Below, piece after piece: positions 1-10,668 of a stretch of 64,000 bases of DNA (its first letter is position 1; each line of letters starts with the position of its first letter). The position numbers and the translations under genes were made by a program. The stretch is from NCBI GenBank assembly GCA_963745035.1, contig CAVUVW010000025.1, positions 96,001 to 160,000 on the forward strand, written 5' to 3'. This stretch comes from an uncultured delta proteobacterium (GTDB lineage Bacteria; Desulfobacterota; Binatia; UBA9968). The notes beneath the pieces were generated by a model. It had not been told where the DNA came from. It saw only the letters and a program-made list of their open reading frames with translations, and searched no databases.

Positions 1-924
1 CACGATTCCTAGCCCAGGCGCCGGTTGTCACCGCCTAAACCTAAGTCGGCGGGGGACTTTGGATTCTTGAAATAAACTGTCCAGAGAGCATCGTTCTCGA
101 AGACATAGAGTGAATCGGGGCTCAATTCATTATGTAGATTTGAGCTTACGATCCGTACTCTTGCCTCATGCTCTTTCTTTGGATTTACTCTTGCAAAACA
201 ACCAGTGTTGATCGCCATACGATGCGTAGCCGTGAATTGGGATAGGATCGAACGAAATCCTCGTTCTGAAAAAAGGGACGGCAGGGTTCGCTAGGTGACC
301 AACGGCGTTCTCCGAATTGGATGCCTTTACAAACGCCATCGCCTCCGGCTGGCTCAATCCGGCCACGACCTCGGTGACTCGCAACAATGGGTCTGTTAGC
401 GTGTGTTCGTTTGCGACAGACAAAAGCTCAAACCTGATAATGCAGAGGATCCGCATCCCAATCGATCTGAGCTGATCACGTGCCATGAATAAGAATTTAT
501 ATAAACCGGCAGATTGACAAGAGTCAAGTCAACGATGTGATCACGCGATGCTCGTTAGCGACGAAGGTATCAGCCGACGGAGTCTGTGGTATATTTACGA
601 ACAAGTGACCGTGACGGGTCCCGAGAGTGTAAGCGTGTTAGCGTGTTATAAAGAGAAGAGCGACGAGTCGGGTTCCATGGGAAACGCTGATGCGGAAGCT
701 CATCAATAAAGTCTGCCAGAAAAGAGGACTGCGGCGCCCGGGCTGGAGGGTTTTGGTGTATGGCGAATCTCAAGCGACTTCCGATTCGAATCCAGTTTGA
801 TATTCAGGGACGCTACAAACACCTCCACTGCCGAAGAAAGCGATAGACCTAAATTGAGTGCTTCGACCACGAAAAAGTTTGCAGCATCAGGACGAATCTC
901 GCCGGAACTCGTGTTAACGACCTT

Positions 925-2175
925 CTATAACGACGAACCCAAAGATCGAATTCGGCTGTGTTGAAAGGCGCAGCAATACGTTCGCGTACATTCCTCCACG
1001 AACTCTGTCCGGTCAAACTGTGCCAAAGTCATTACCTCCGGCAAATCTAAAAAACATAAAAGCTTTAATACGACCTGGCAGAGCAGCTCTATAAGTTCTT
1101 TGTATGGACGACGGTAAGATTGGTTAATCGTTCCCAATCGCCACAGCACCCGACTCAGCCTTTGATCATTTGGCGGATTTTTTGCCAGGGCAAACTCGTA
1201 TGTGAACATCGACGTCATGAGTGATCGAATATACGAGGATGAGACTCGCCGTCGCGCCTGAACGACCCGCCTTTTTTTCCACATCCGCGGCAGCATTCTC
1301 AACGCGTCGATTTTACCTCTAAAATATGGCACCCATTTCCCGTGCCGCAAGCATAGGTAACAAAACGAGCCGATCTCTTGCATTAGCTTGTGATGAGCGA
1401 ATCGGAGCATCAGAAGAGCCGGCATATTCTTAATCCACACGAACTCCAGATTTCGGGTGTGATAATAGACGTGCGTATCGCTGAGTCGTACCGAGGTCGC
1501 ATTGCCTTTATGGTGCACAATCGCATCCGGCACAAACACGCATTTCCAGCCAGCAAGCTGGGACCGAAAACTCAAGTCGACGTCTTCGTCATACAAAAAG
1601 AAATCCTCGTCCAGGAAACCAATTTCGTCAATCATCTTGCGCCGGTGCAGCGCGCCCGCGGCGCAAGCCGCAAAGACCGGTTCCAAGGAGCTGTGAGTAT
1701 TCAGGTCGGCGCCGTGGCCTCGGTTGAAACCCACCCCAGCGGATGTCATCCCGTCCCCTGCACTGTCAATACATTCGGTACCCGCGATGATGAGCTTGGA
1801 AGCAGAGATTCCTATTCTCCTGTCCCGGAGCATCGGCTTGAGCAGATTTTCCAACCAGCGATCGTCCGCACGAGTATCGTTATTGACGAGCGCGACGAAG
1901 TCCCCGTCTGATGCCTTCAGTCCTGCCGCATTGCCGCCGGTAAAACCGGTGTTTTCCCGGAGCTCAACGATTTTGACCTCGGGAAATTTTTCTTTGACGT
2001 AGTTTACGGACGAATCCGTCGAGCCGTTATCGACGAATATGATCTCCCGGTTCGCATACGTCTGTCGAGTAAGCGAGCTCAGACAATCCTCGAGAAATCG
2101 CTGGCCATTCCAGTTAACAACGATGATACTGACCTTCTTTTCCGCTTGCCTCGCAGACTGCTGAAAAAGACTCAT
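925..2175 (-). CDS. GT2 family glycosyltransferase; true stop probably at 1155 after a homopolymer frameshift near 1180
   Basis: Motifs VSIIVVNWNG, FVDNGSTD, ENTGFTGGN, LVNNDT, FFLYDEDVDL. The alternative frame gives ...LAKIRQMIKG* ending at 1155. Confidence 0.9.
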   Translation of the reverse strand: MSLFQQSARQAEKKVSIIVVNWNGQRFLEDCLSSLTRQTYANREIIFVDNGSTDSSVNYVKEKFPEVKIVELRENTGFTGGNAAGLKASDGDFVALVNNDTRADDRWLENLLKPMLRDRRIGISASKLIIAGTECIDSAGDGMTSAGVGFNRGHGADLNTHSSLEPVFAACAAGALHRRKMIDEIGFLDEDFFLYDEDVDLSFRSQLAGWKCVFVPDAIVHHKGNATSVRLSDTHVYYHTRNLEFVWIKNMPALLMLRFAHHKLMQEIGSFCYLCLRHGKWVPYFRGKIDALRMLPRMWKKRRVVQARRRVSSSYIRSLMTSMFTYEFALAKNPPNDQRLSRVLWRLGTINQSYRRPYKELIELLCQVVLKLLCFLDLPEVMTLAQFDRTEFVEECTRTYCCAFQHSRIRSLGSSL

Positions 2176-2281
2176 ATCCTTCGTTGCGCTCGATCGTCTC
2201 TCTACAACGTACTAGCTAAGTACGCCTCCGCTCGCCGGTTCTTCGCGCGCCTCGGCTCTGAGGTCTTTTTGAGCAGCCTGC
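2153..2281. mobile_element. MITE-like element of about 129 bp with imperfect terminal inverted repeats
   Basis: Left end GCAGACTGCTGAAAAAGACTCA (2153-2174) matches the reverse complement of the right end, GCAGGCTGCTCAAAAAGACCTCA (2259-2281). No transposase nearby. Confidence 0.55.
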
Positions 2282-2370
2282 AACCCGCGTTCTTAATCTT
2301 GCTAGTCATGGTTGCATGAGGTCGCGCCTTTCACAGTCCGGCGATTGTGAGCAACCGGCTTGCAGCAACG

Positions 2371-4524
2371 CTAATCTTGAAGTTGAAATACTTCAACCAG
2401 CCCAACTCCGGTTCCGCCGATGCCGGTGAGGTGAACCGTGTAGGCGCCCGGGTTTAAGGTGATGAGAATTGCCGACTCCGAAGTGCATCCCGGCGGCGCC
2501 GAAGATTGTCCCGGGTTCGGACGGCAAGGGTCAAGGCCTGTAGCAATTATTTGCGCAGCCCCGCCACAGCCAGCGCAGGAAGGTGAATCCTGCCAGTTAT
2601 CGTTCTCAGCTATGACAGCTTGCCCCGAAAAAAGACGCAACAAAGGATTTGCGAGCGCTCCGGGGACGAGAAAAGGCGCGGCTACCATCGAGGGTCCGCG
2701 GCCGCGCACCATCACGGTCTTCGGCGCGCTTCCGTCTATGACAAAGCCGCCGATCATCACGTTGGCCCCGGTCTGAACAGGACCTCTCGTCGAGATGTTC
2801 ACCAGCTGTGAGTTCGTAGCATCATCATCGGCATCGAACACTTCGACCAACCCGATTCCGGTACCACCATCGGCCCCGCTCAGGTGAACTGTATAGGCGC
2901 CCGGGCTGAGCGTGATCAGGATCGCCGATTCCAGAGCGCAACCTTGGCGGAGCCACCGCTGCCCCGGATTCGGTTGGCAAGGGTCTAAACCGGTGGCGGT
3001 AATTTGCGCTGCACTGCCACAAATGAAACCGGCGCAGGAGGGAGCATCCTGCCAGTTATCGTTCTGGGCAATTACAGTCTGGCCGGAAAAAAGCCGCAAG
3101 GACGGATTGGCCAGCACAGCGGGAACAAAAAAAGGCGCTCCTGACATCGAAGGACCGCGGCCGCGAACCAGAACGGTTTTGGGCCCATTCCCATCAATCA
3201 CGAACCCGCCAATCACCACGTTACTGCCGGTCTGCGCAAGGCTTCTGGTTGAGATGTTCACTAGTGTTGTGGCACTCGGCACGAACGGAGCCGCTCGAGA
3301 AATGACGAAGATCTTCCCTTGGAAAGAAAGAACGTAAAGCAAGCCGTCCGGTCCTACTTTGAGGTCCGTGATCCCCCCGAAATTCGTACCCAAAATAACT
3401 TCTTCTAGTTCGCCTGCATCGTCCGCCACCAGATCCGCGAGCGCCGGGTCGAAAAACAAAAATCCAGTGCGGGTGGGATTGGGCTTGAAGCGGTAAAGAT
3501 TGCCATTGTTGATGTCTCCGACGAAAACATCATTCTGATACTCTGCGCCCAACTGGCCGGAATTTAAAAACACAATGGCGGTCGGTCCTACGGAATTGAA
3601 CCACGAAAATTTGGGGTCAGAATAATGAGAGCCAGGGAAACTGACCAAATTCCCTACCCCTTGAGGATCACGTGAATCAGGCCCCATAATTTGTTCCCAG
3701 CCGCTATTAAAACCTGGCAGGACCAAGTTTATTTCATCATAAGCATTGGGACCGTTCTCAGTATCCCACAGCTCGCCGCTGAGTGGATCAAACGCGAAGC
3801 CGAAACCGTTGCGAATGCCGTAGGCATAATATTTGGCAAGATTACCGCCCTGAGCGAAAAACGGATTGTCGATAGGAATCGTACCGTCGTCGTTGAGCCG
3901 CAAGATTACACCGGTATCATCCGGAGCATCGCCTCCCGAAAAGTTTTGCAGCTGACCGTTTCGATTTAGATCTCCGATAACGATATACAGCTTGCCATCA
4001 GGACCGAAGAGTATCGTGCCTCCGTTGTGGTTCGCTCCAGGCAAGACCGGCAAAACGATGATCTGCGTGGGGTTGATTAACTTGCTGCCGTCCCATGTAT
4101 AGCGGAAAACACGGTTGTCCAGTGCCGAACCTTGGGTGTCCCCAGCGCTGCTACTCTGCGTATGGTAGAGATAAACGAATCCATTCGATGTAAAATTCGG
4201 ATGTAGCGCGATACCCAAAAGACCGCGCTCGGACGCATGATCCACATTCAGATTGAGCACCTCGCCGGGTTGGACCGTGCCGTTGATCACTCGCCGAACC
4301 CGCCCATCGCTTTTTTGCAAAACCAGCAAATCGTTGGGGCCGATGAATGCCATCGCGGTCGGCTGGCTCAACCCGCCGACGAGTTCGCTAACCCGCAGGT
4401 TGGGATCGGTTAAAGTCTGAGCGGAAACAACCGAACCAAAACTCCAGAACCAGATCAGTAGCCAACCGCAAGACCGTATTTTTAGTTTTCGCGCAATTTT
4501 CGACGGTCCTCCATTGCCGCCCAA
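2371..4524 (-). CDS. Secreted PQQ-dependent sugar dehydrogenase (GSDH beta-propeller) with two C-terminal NISTR repeats
   Basis: Signal peptide ending VSA-Q. GSDH motifs ERGLLGIALHP, NHNGGTILFGPDGKLY, YGIRN, DEINL. Repeats start LVNISTR at about 3264 and 2806. Exact start codon uncertain. Confidence 0.85.
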   Translation of the reverse strand: MGGNGGPSKIARKLKIRSCGWLLIWFWSFGSVVSAQTLTDPNLRVSELVGGLSQPTAMAFIGPNDLLVLQKSDGRVRRVINGTVQPGEVLNLNVDHASERGLLGIALHPNFTSNGFVYLYHTQSSSAGDTQGSALDNRVFRYTWDGSKLINPTQIIVLPVLPGANHNGGTILFGPDGKLYIVIGDLNRNGQLQNFSGGDAPDDTGVILRLNDDGTIPIDNPFFAQGGNLAKYYAYGIRNGFGFAFDPLSGELWDTENGPNAYDEINLVLPGFNSGWEQIMGPDSRDPQGVGNLVSFPGSHYSDPKFSWFNSVGPTAIVFLNSGQLGAEYQNDVFVGDINNGNLYRFKPNPTRTGFLFFDPALADLVADDAGELEEVILGTNFGGITDLKVGPDGLLYVLSFQGKIFVISRAAPFVPSATTLVNISTRSLAQTGSNVVIGGFVIDGNGPKTVLVRGRGPSMSGAPFFVPAVLANPSLRLFSGQTVIAQNDNWQDAPSCAGFICGSAAQITATGLDPCQPNPGQRWLRQGCALESAILITLSPGAYTVHLSGADGGTGIGLVEVFDADDDATNSQLVNISTRGPVQTGANVMIGGFVIDGSAPKTVMVRGRGPSMVAAPFLVPGALANPLLRLFSGQAVIAENDNWQDSPSCAGCGGAAQIIATGLDPCRPNPGQSSAPPGCTSESAILITLNPGAYTVHLTGIGGTGVGLVEVFQLQD

Positions 4525-4543
4525 TTAACATTTCTCCCCGAGT

Positions 4544-5359
4544 TCAACGTGCCTCGGTCTCTTCACGCATTTTGTCCCACAGAGCACACACTTCCCAATA
4601 AGATCCGATGGCCAAATCCTGAAGCACCTTGGGCGATCCAGCCGACTTCACAAGTTCTCTTTGAAACGGCTTCGGGCCATGGAAATGTACTATTTTCGCG
4701 CTCGCGTAATCTCCCCAGTAAGGCTTCCAGTTAAACTCGATCGGCAGACGATCCCATCCATGTCTACCGAAAAACTTTTTTCTCGGACTTTTGTAAAACC
4801 ATTGATACGCCGATTGGTCCCAGCACGGAAACTTCTCCAGATTTGAAATCACAAAGTCCCTGAATCTTTCATCCACCTGAACGAGATTTTCGAGATTCAT
4901 CAGCATAACACCCGTATTCATGTGCTGATAATCTTTTGGATTAAACTCAGGCGCAACGGCAAAGTAGCGGCACCCTATCTTCTTCAAGTCCCCAGCCACC
5001 TCTTTCATAAACATCACGTCACAATCCGTGTAGAGAACATAAGTATCATCCATGCCCAACTCATGGGTAATCTTAGGCAACTCGACGCGCAAAAAAGCGC
5101 CTGCGCCAATGGCGAGGATCTGCGGATCTTGTTTTTTTTGTGAAACCTCGCGGAGTTGATCAAAAAGCGGAGTCCGGCAAGGGATGATGACTACCTTCTG
5201 CTTCCGCAACCAATCTGTGAGCGCATTGTCTCTGCCGTCGTACAACAAATGTGGAACAAGTGACGTGTGTTTGAGCGCAGTATGAACCGCGACTTTGACC
5301 ATATCCGCATAGGGCAAAAATGTCGGACATAGCTCGTTTAAAGCAACAAACCATTTCAT
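4544..5359 (-). CDS. GT8-like glycosyltransferase
   Basis: Motifs FLRVELP, VLYTDCD (DxD), NTGVMLMNL, DQSAYQ, IVHFHGPKP. Confidence 0.8.
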   Translation of the reverse strand: MKWFVALNELCPTFLPYADMVKVAVHTALKHTSLVPHLLYDGRDNALTDWLRKQKVVIIPCRTPLFDQLREVSQKKQDPQILAIGAGAFLRVELPKITHELGMDDTYVLYTDCDVMFMKEVAGDLKKIGCRYFAVAPEFNPKDYQHMNTGVMLMNLENLVQVDERFRDFVISNLEKFPCWDQSAYQWFYKSPRKKFFGRHGWDRLPIEFNWKPYWGDYASAKIVHFHGPKPFQRELVKSAGSPKVLQDLAIGSYWEVCALWDKMREETEAR

Positions 5360-5480
5360 ACAATGTACGAGCTATCTGCCGAGCCATCTGGCTGATCGGA
5401 CAAATCGTGCGGCGGGGATTAGAACGGCCGAATGCTAGAACGGCGGCTGGAAAAACGCCAAAAAGGCATTAACCCTTTGT

Positions 5481-8400
5481 TTAGTTATGCTTATCTACAC
5501 TGAATCTACCCAACGAAGCTAATCTCGTGAGACGTTCTCGTATCTGCTGACCGATCACAGGCGGACTAAAAAGTCGCATAATGTCTTGCTCCGCTTTCGC
5601 GCCGATTTTTGCCGCCTCTTCCCGTTTTTCATAAACATACCGCATAAGATCCGCGGCATGGCTAACGTCGGGCTCCGCCCAGACCGAACCTAGCCGGTAT
5701 GGTCCGTAGTCTCGATCGAGCTCCACAAGACCGTATCTCACGAGAAAGCTGTTCGTGGGTGTCGTAAAGTCCATATTGCCGGAATAGGCAGTCGCTAGAA
5801 CAGGCTTTCTAAACTTCATAGCCTCGGCGATTGGGAGGCCAAAACCTTCCGAACGATGCAAAGACACGAAACAGTCACAAGCAACCAGCAGGTGATCGAT
5901 CTCCCAGCGACTAAAAACCCCGTCTATAACCCGAATATTGTTTTGATTTTGAGCTGACTCTAATATTGACCGGAGTGGAGCTTTATCGTTGCTCAAGTGA
6001 GAGCTTTTGACCACAAGCATAACGTCCTCGGCTTTTCCAAAAGCTTGTTTGAATGCTTCCACCGCTGCTACGGGATTCTTCCTCTCAATCGAACTGTGGA
6101 AATCGAACATTACAAGGAAAAGAAAGCGGTCGCATGGCAGCCCAAATCGGTCACACCCGGTCTCTTTGTCCACCATCATAGGAGCTGGGTTCAAAGCAGG
6201 AGGGATTCTAACAACTGGAATTGGCGACGCATGAGCGAGAGCCGCCTGAGTGAATTTGCTAGCGGTCCAGAGCTCGTCAAAGCATTCAAAACTTCCATAG
6301 TAGTCACTAGGGAAGCTTGCGAGCTCCCAGAACCAGTAACCCACATTAAATCGTTGTGCGAAGTACTCCCTTCCCTTGCGCACGCCAAACGTTGGAAGTT
6401 GGTCAGCATTGATATGAACTAGATTGATGTTATATGGGTTTTCATCTGAAAAACCCCCAGAAATCGAATCAACGTTCACTGCACCGGCATCATGCACATT
6501 ATTCATCACGTATGGGACAGACACTGCTTCCAATGCCCGCACCGTAGCACGCGCAGCTTCGCCCACACCTTTCTCTGACTCAAAGTAACCGGCCAAGTTA
6601 ATGCCAAAAGGCCGGGTCTGATGGGAGGGTGCCGTCGAAATCACTTGGGTCTGACGTGTTTCAGAGGAACGCCACGGCTTAGTGGCTCGTGGAGGAAACG
6701 AAAGCATGAACGGCTCTCGGCCAAGCGCCAAATTCAAGTTATAAGCCGGATCGTTCACCAGCAGCTCCTGCCAACGCCGTTTCATATAGCGGCTTTCGGC
6801 GTCGAAGCGATCCCGCTTCTCCGGAGTATCTTCGTAACCCCGACTCGCAGATTCGTGGTGATACAACTCCGCATAGGGCGTCCAGACGTTTCTGTAATGT
6901 TTCTCCGCAAGGCGCAAGCAAAAATCGACGTCATTAAATGCAATAGGCAAATTGTTTTCGTCGAGCCCGCCCACCTCCTCAAAGACCTGCCGGCGTACGA
7001 CTAGGCAGGCCGCGGTGACGCCGGATAGATTCTGACAGAGCAATGCTCGGGATCCCTGTCCGTGGTATCCGCGCCGAAAGTTCTTATAAGCATGACCGGC
7101 CACGCCGGGAGGCGGAAATCCAATACCCAAGACAACCCCCGCGTGCTGAATCGTGTCGTTCGGATAGTAAAGCATCGCCCCGACCGCGCCGATCTCGGGC
7201 TGAACCGCATAACTGACCATTTCGTCGAGCCAGTCGGGGGCGATAACTTCGAGATCATTGTTGAGCAATCCGATAATGTCTCCGCTTGCGCTTTGGACGG
7301 CCAGATTATTGATCGCCGCATAGTTAAAAGGAGCGTCATAGCGCAATACTCGGACTTTTCGCTCGCTCTCAAGCTGGGCTAAATATTCCAGCAGCTTCGG
7401 ATCATCCGACTGATTGTCGACGATAATGAGCTCGAAATTTCGATAGGTGGTTTTTGTATAAATACTCTCGACGCAGCGCCATAGCAGCGCGAAGCCGTTG
7501 CGGGTAGGAATGATCAGCGTGACCTTTGGCGGCGACTCGGGGAGAGAATACTTAATGCGCCAGTAGTGGTCCGCCACGGGCAGCACTTTGACTTTTTTCC
7601 CGATCCGCTCGAAGTGGGAAATAAGCGTCTGCTGCTGCGCTGCTCGCGCGTAACGCTTTTGCTCATCGCTCACGGCGGTAGACCCCTCGATGGCCCGCCA
7701 ATGATAGAGCAAATGCGGGATGTGGCGAATACGCGCCGCGGGGATTTCTTCTGTGACTCTCATCGCAAGATCCCAGTCCTGTGCGCCTTCGTAGCCGACG
7801 CGCAACCCGCCAAGCTCCCGGACGATGCGCGCGCGATAGACCGCCAGGTGGCAGATAAAGTTCTGCGCTGAAAAAAGCGCGGGGTTCCAGTCGGGTTTGA
7901 AATAGGGATTGTAGCGCCGCCCCTTTTCATCGATTTTGTCTTCGTCGCTATAGATCAGATCGGTGTCCCTAAACGTATTGAGCTCGACCGCTACCATATA
8001 CAACGCATGCTCGGAGAGTTCGTCGTCATGGTCGAGAAACGCAATAAATTCTCCCGTGGCGATCTCGATGGCGGTATTGGAAGCGGCGGAGATATGCCCA
8101 TTGTCGTGGCGAAACGCGACTTTAATGCGCGAATCCTTTGACGCATACTCTTGCAAAATTTCTTTCACAACTGGATCAAACGACGCGTCGTCGGCGATGC
8201 AGAGCTCCCAGTCGGGATAGAGCTGGCGTTGGGCCGACTCGATCGCCAGACGCAGCCATCGTTCTGAGGTGTTATAGACAGGCATAATTAAAGAGATCAT
8301 GGGTTTGTAGGACAATTGCGCAATATGCCGCCTGATCTCGTCGCGATCTGCGTCCGTCAAAGTATCGTATGTCGCTACCCAATCGGCATACTCGTAATTG

Positions 8401-8819
8401 ACTTCGATTTCGCTTTTGAGTTTCCGCCTCAAGCCGGCCAGCCCCTCTGTACGCAGGATTCGAAACGCCTTGGCCGCCGACCGCAGGAACGTGCGGCCGC
8501 TCAATCCCGACGCGCGACTTGTTCGCAGCACGACAATCTTGAACAGATCCCTTATGAGCTCATAGAACCTCAGACGCAGCGTTCCCTCCGCAAGCAGCTT
8601 GTTGCGCGCGCTTCGGCACTTGCCCAGCAGCGTCCAGCCCAAGCTGTTTTTGATCTCGTAGAGTTCAAACTCTATTGCGCTCCTCGTGGACAGCTCCTGT
8701 TGCAAGGAACGTTCTAATACCTGGATTTTTTTTCTCAGCTCGCACGCCGCTTTTTCGCTGTTATTCGGTTGCAATTCGTTATCCAGCATATCAACACTGA
8801 CGATACGATATTTTCCCAA
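5481..8819 (-). CDS. Multidomain glycosyltransferase: N-terminal coiled coil, GT2, GT2, GT4
   Basis: First GT2: ISLIMPVYN, ADDAS, LDHDD. Second GT2: LIIPTRN, VDNQSDD, LLNND, FNDVDFCL. GT4: SLHRSEGFGLPIAEAM. Confidence 0.9.
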   Translation of the reverse strand: MGKYRIVSVDMLDNELQPNNSEKAACELRKKIQVLERSLQQELSTRSAIEFELYEIKNSLGWTLLGKCRSARNKLLAEGTLRLRFYELIRDLFKIVVLRTSRASGLSGRTFLRSAAKAFRILRTEGLAGLRRKLKSEIEVNYEYADWVATYDTLTDADRDEIRRHIAQLSYKPMISLIMPVYNTSERWLRLAIESAQRQLYPDWELCIADDASFDPVVKEILQEYASKDSRIKVAFRHDNGHISAASNTAIEIATGEFIAFLDHDDELSEHALYMVAVELNTFRDTDLIYSDEDKIDEKGRRYNPYFKPDWNPALFSAQNFICHLAVYRARIVRELGGLRVGYEGAQDWDLAMRVTEEIPAARIRHIPHLLYHWRAIEGSTAVSDEQKRYARAAQQQTLISHFERIGKKVKVLPVADHYWRIKYSLPESPPKVTLIIPTRNGFALLWRCVESIYTKTTYRNFELIIVDNQSDDPKLLEYLAQLESERKVRVLRYDAPFNYAAINNLAVQSASGDIIGLLNNDLEVIAPDWLDEMVSYAVQPEIGAVGAMLYYPNDTIQHAGVVLGIGFPPPGVAGHAYKNFRRGYHGQGSRALLCQNLSGVTAACLVVRRQVFEEVGGLDENNLPIAFNDVDFCLRLAEKHYRNVWTPYAELYHHESASRGYEDTPEKRDRFDAESRYMKRRWQELLVNDPAYNLNLALGREPFMLSFPPRATKPWRSSETRQTQVISTAPSHQTRPFGINLAGYFESEKGVGEAARATVRALEAVSVPYVMNNVHDAGAVNVDSISGGFSDENPYNINLVHINADQLPTFGVRKGREYFAQRFNVGYWFWELASFPSDYYGSFECFDELWTASKFTQAALAHASPIPVVRIPPALNPAPMMVDKETGCDRFGLPCDRFLFLVMFDFHSSIERKNPVAAVEAFKQAFGKAEDVMLVVKSSHLSNDKAPLRSILESAQNQNNIRVIDGVFSRWEIDHLLVACDCFVSLHRSEGFGLPIAEAMKFRKPVLATAYSGNMDFTTPTNSFLVRYGLVELDRDYGPYRLGSVWAEPDVSHAADLMRYVYEKREEAAKIGAKAEQDIMRLFSPPVIGQQIRERLTRLASLGRFSVDKHN

Positions 8820-9291
8820 ATTGCCGATTTCTCTGAAACGTTCGCATCACAGGCAAACCACGGTCAAATGAGTGTAAAGCTCGTAACAATCCCAAACATT
8901 ATTCAATCGAGACGCGCGCGCAGGTCCGATCCAATACGTCAGATGAAGACGATCAACACGCGCTTTGGACTCAACTCGACTGCGGCTAGGGCGATTCAAG
9001 CACGTAGGAGCGCCCGGCTGCAAGACTGCCGGGGCAATCTCTGGCCTGTGAATCGTCACCCGATACGCCGTGGTCAAGCGGAGACCGCGATATCAGTGGG
9101 TTTCGCGTTTAAATTAAGCGGGAGAAATTAGAAAATGGCAACTGGCTTCGCCGACCTAAAGGAGAGGCCGTCGTGTGCGGGAACGTACCAGACAAAAGAT
9201 CCGAACGTTCAGCTAAACCAAGAACGCCGCGCTTTGAGGCGCAGCTTTGTCTTGCCTGTCCTTCATGAGGCCAACAAGACTGCTCGATAAC

Positions 9292-10668
9292 TCAATCTAT
9301 GTCGAAAATCTCGACCAATCCCACGCCGGTTCCGCCCCCTACTCCGCGAAGAATCGCGGTATACGCGCCCGGCGGCAAAGTCACCAGGAGCGCCGCCTCC
9401 TGCCGGCAGCCTGCGGGTGCCGATGTTTGACCCGGATTGGGCTGACAAGGATCCATGGCGACGGCTTTGATTTGTGCGGAACCGCCACAGGAAAAGCGCG
9501 CATCACAATCGGGCCTATCCTGCCAGTTATCGTTTTCAGCGATCACCCTGGAGCCGGAAAAAAGCTGCAGCCAAGGATTCGATAAAACGTTGCCGACAAA
9601 AAACGGCGCGCCAGCCATCGAAGGTCCGCGACCTCGGATAAGCACGGTTTTCGGCGCGGAGCCGGCAAGAATAACGCCGCCGATCATGACATCATCCGCC
9701 GATCGTATGATCGCACGGGTCGAAATATTCACCAGTTTGGACGGCTTGGCGCCGACGCCGATTTCAAAGACCTCGACCAAGCCTACTCCCGTCCCGCCGT
9801 TTACCCCGCTCAGGGCCGCGGTATAGGCGCCCGGAGGTAAGATCATCAGAATCGCTGATTCTAAGCTACACCCGCCGGGTGCCGCCGTTTGGCCTGGATT
9901 GGGTTGGCAGGGGTCCAGCCTTGTCGCGGTAATCTGCGCCGAAGCGCCGCAGACAAAGCGGGAATCACACTGCGGGCTATCCTGCCAATTGTCGTTCTTT
10001 GCGATCCGGGTCGAACCGGAAAACAGCTCCAAATGAGGATTTGATAACGTTCCCGGGACAAGAAACGGCTTCTCCCCCATCGACGGGCCACGACCGCGGA
10101 CCAGGACGACCGCCGGTTCATTGCCCTCGATGACAAATCCGCCGATCATCATCTGGTCGCCTTTCATGACCGACCCGCGCGTAGAACCAGAGTCGGAGTC
10201 GCTGGAAAGTGTAGATACCGTGTTGAAGCCGGACGTCCCGCCTGAGCCGCCCCCGCCAGTTGGCGTTGTTGGCGTCGTCGGTGTGGTGGGCGTGGTGGGT
10301 GTTGTTGGCGTTGTCGGCGTCGTCGGCGTGGTGGGCGTTGTTGGCGACGTTGGAACCGATGCGCAACTCACGTTGGTCGGATCCGAAGTGCCTGCGGAAT
10401 TAAACGCTCGCACCGTATAACAGTACGTCCGGCCGGCGGTTACCCCGGAGTCGGTGAATGACGTAACATTCGCGCCGACGCTCGCAAGCTGGCCGAAGCC
10501 TCCGTCGGCAGCCTTACGCTCGACTGTGAACCCACTTTCGTTGTGCGAATTATCTTGCCAGGCAAGGCGAAGGCTCGCCGCCTCGGCTCCATCGGCGAGC
10601 ATCACACCGGCGGTCAGCAGCGCGGCAGTGGTGACAACAGTTCGACATAGAGAATTGATACGGATCAT
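9292..10668 (-). CDS. Secreted protein: signal peptide, fibronectin type III domain, (PTT)n linker, two NISTR repeats
   Basis: Signal ending AEA-A. FN3 motifs LAWQDNSHNESGFTVERK and YCYTVRAFNSAGTS. SD AGGAGG upstream of the ATG. Confidence 0.85.
   Translation of the reverse strand: MIRINSLCRTVVTTAALLTAGVMLADGAEAASLRLAWQDNSHNESGFTVERKAADGGFGQLASVGANVTSFTDSGVTAGRTYCYTVRAFNSAGTSDPTNVSCASVPTSPTTPTTPTTPTTPTTPTTPTTPTTPTTPTGGGGSGGTSGFNTVSTLSSDSDSGSTRGSVMKGDQMMIGGFVIEGNEPAVVLVRGRGPSMGEKPFLVPGTLSNPHLELFSGSTRIAKNDNWQDSPQCDSRFVCGASAQITATRLDPCQPNPGQTAAPGGCSLESAILMILPPGAYTAALSGVNGGTGVGLVEVFEIGVGAKPSKLVNISTRAIIRSADDVMIGGVILAGSAPKTVLIRGRGPSMAGAPFFVGNVLSNPWLQLFSGSRVIAENDNWQDRPDCDARFSCGGSAQIKAVAMDPCQPNPGQTSAPAGCRQEAALLVTLPPGAYTAILRGVGGGTGVGLVEIFDID
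10259..10348 (-). repeat. Degenerate 9-bp tandem repeat encoding a Pro-Thr-Thr linker
   Basis: Translation PTSPTTPTTPTTPTTPTTPTTPTTPTTPT, with synonymous variation between units. Confidence 0.9.

Noticed and set aside
490-920. Short ORF 570-773 and the extended tail of the GT2 ORF
   Set aside because: No motifs or RBS. The GT2 tail arises from a homopolymer frameshift.
2940-2965. Divergent loop RWLRQ in the first NISTR repeat
   Set aside because: A -1/+1 indel pair restores AVAPP, matching the other repeats. Probably a sequencing error.
10259-10348. Possible CRISPR array or non-coding VNTR
   Set aside because: The units are 9 bp with no spacers and lie in frame in a CDS. No cas genes are present.
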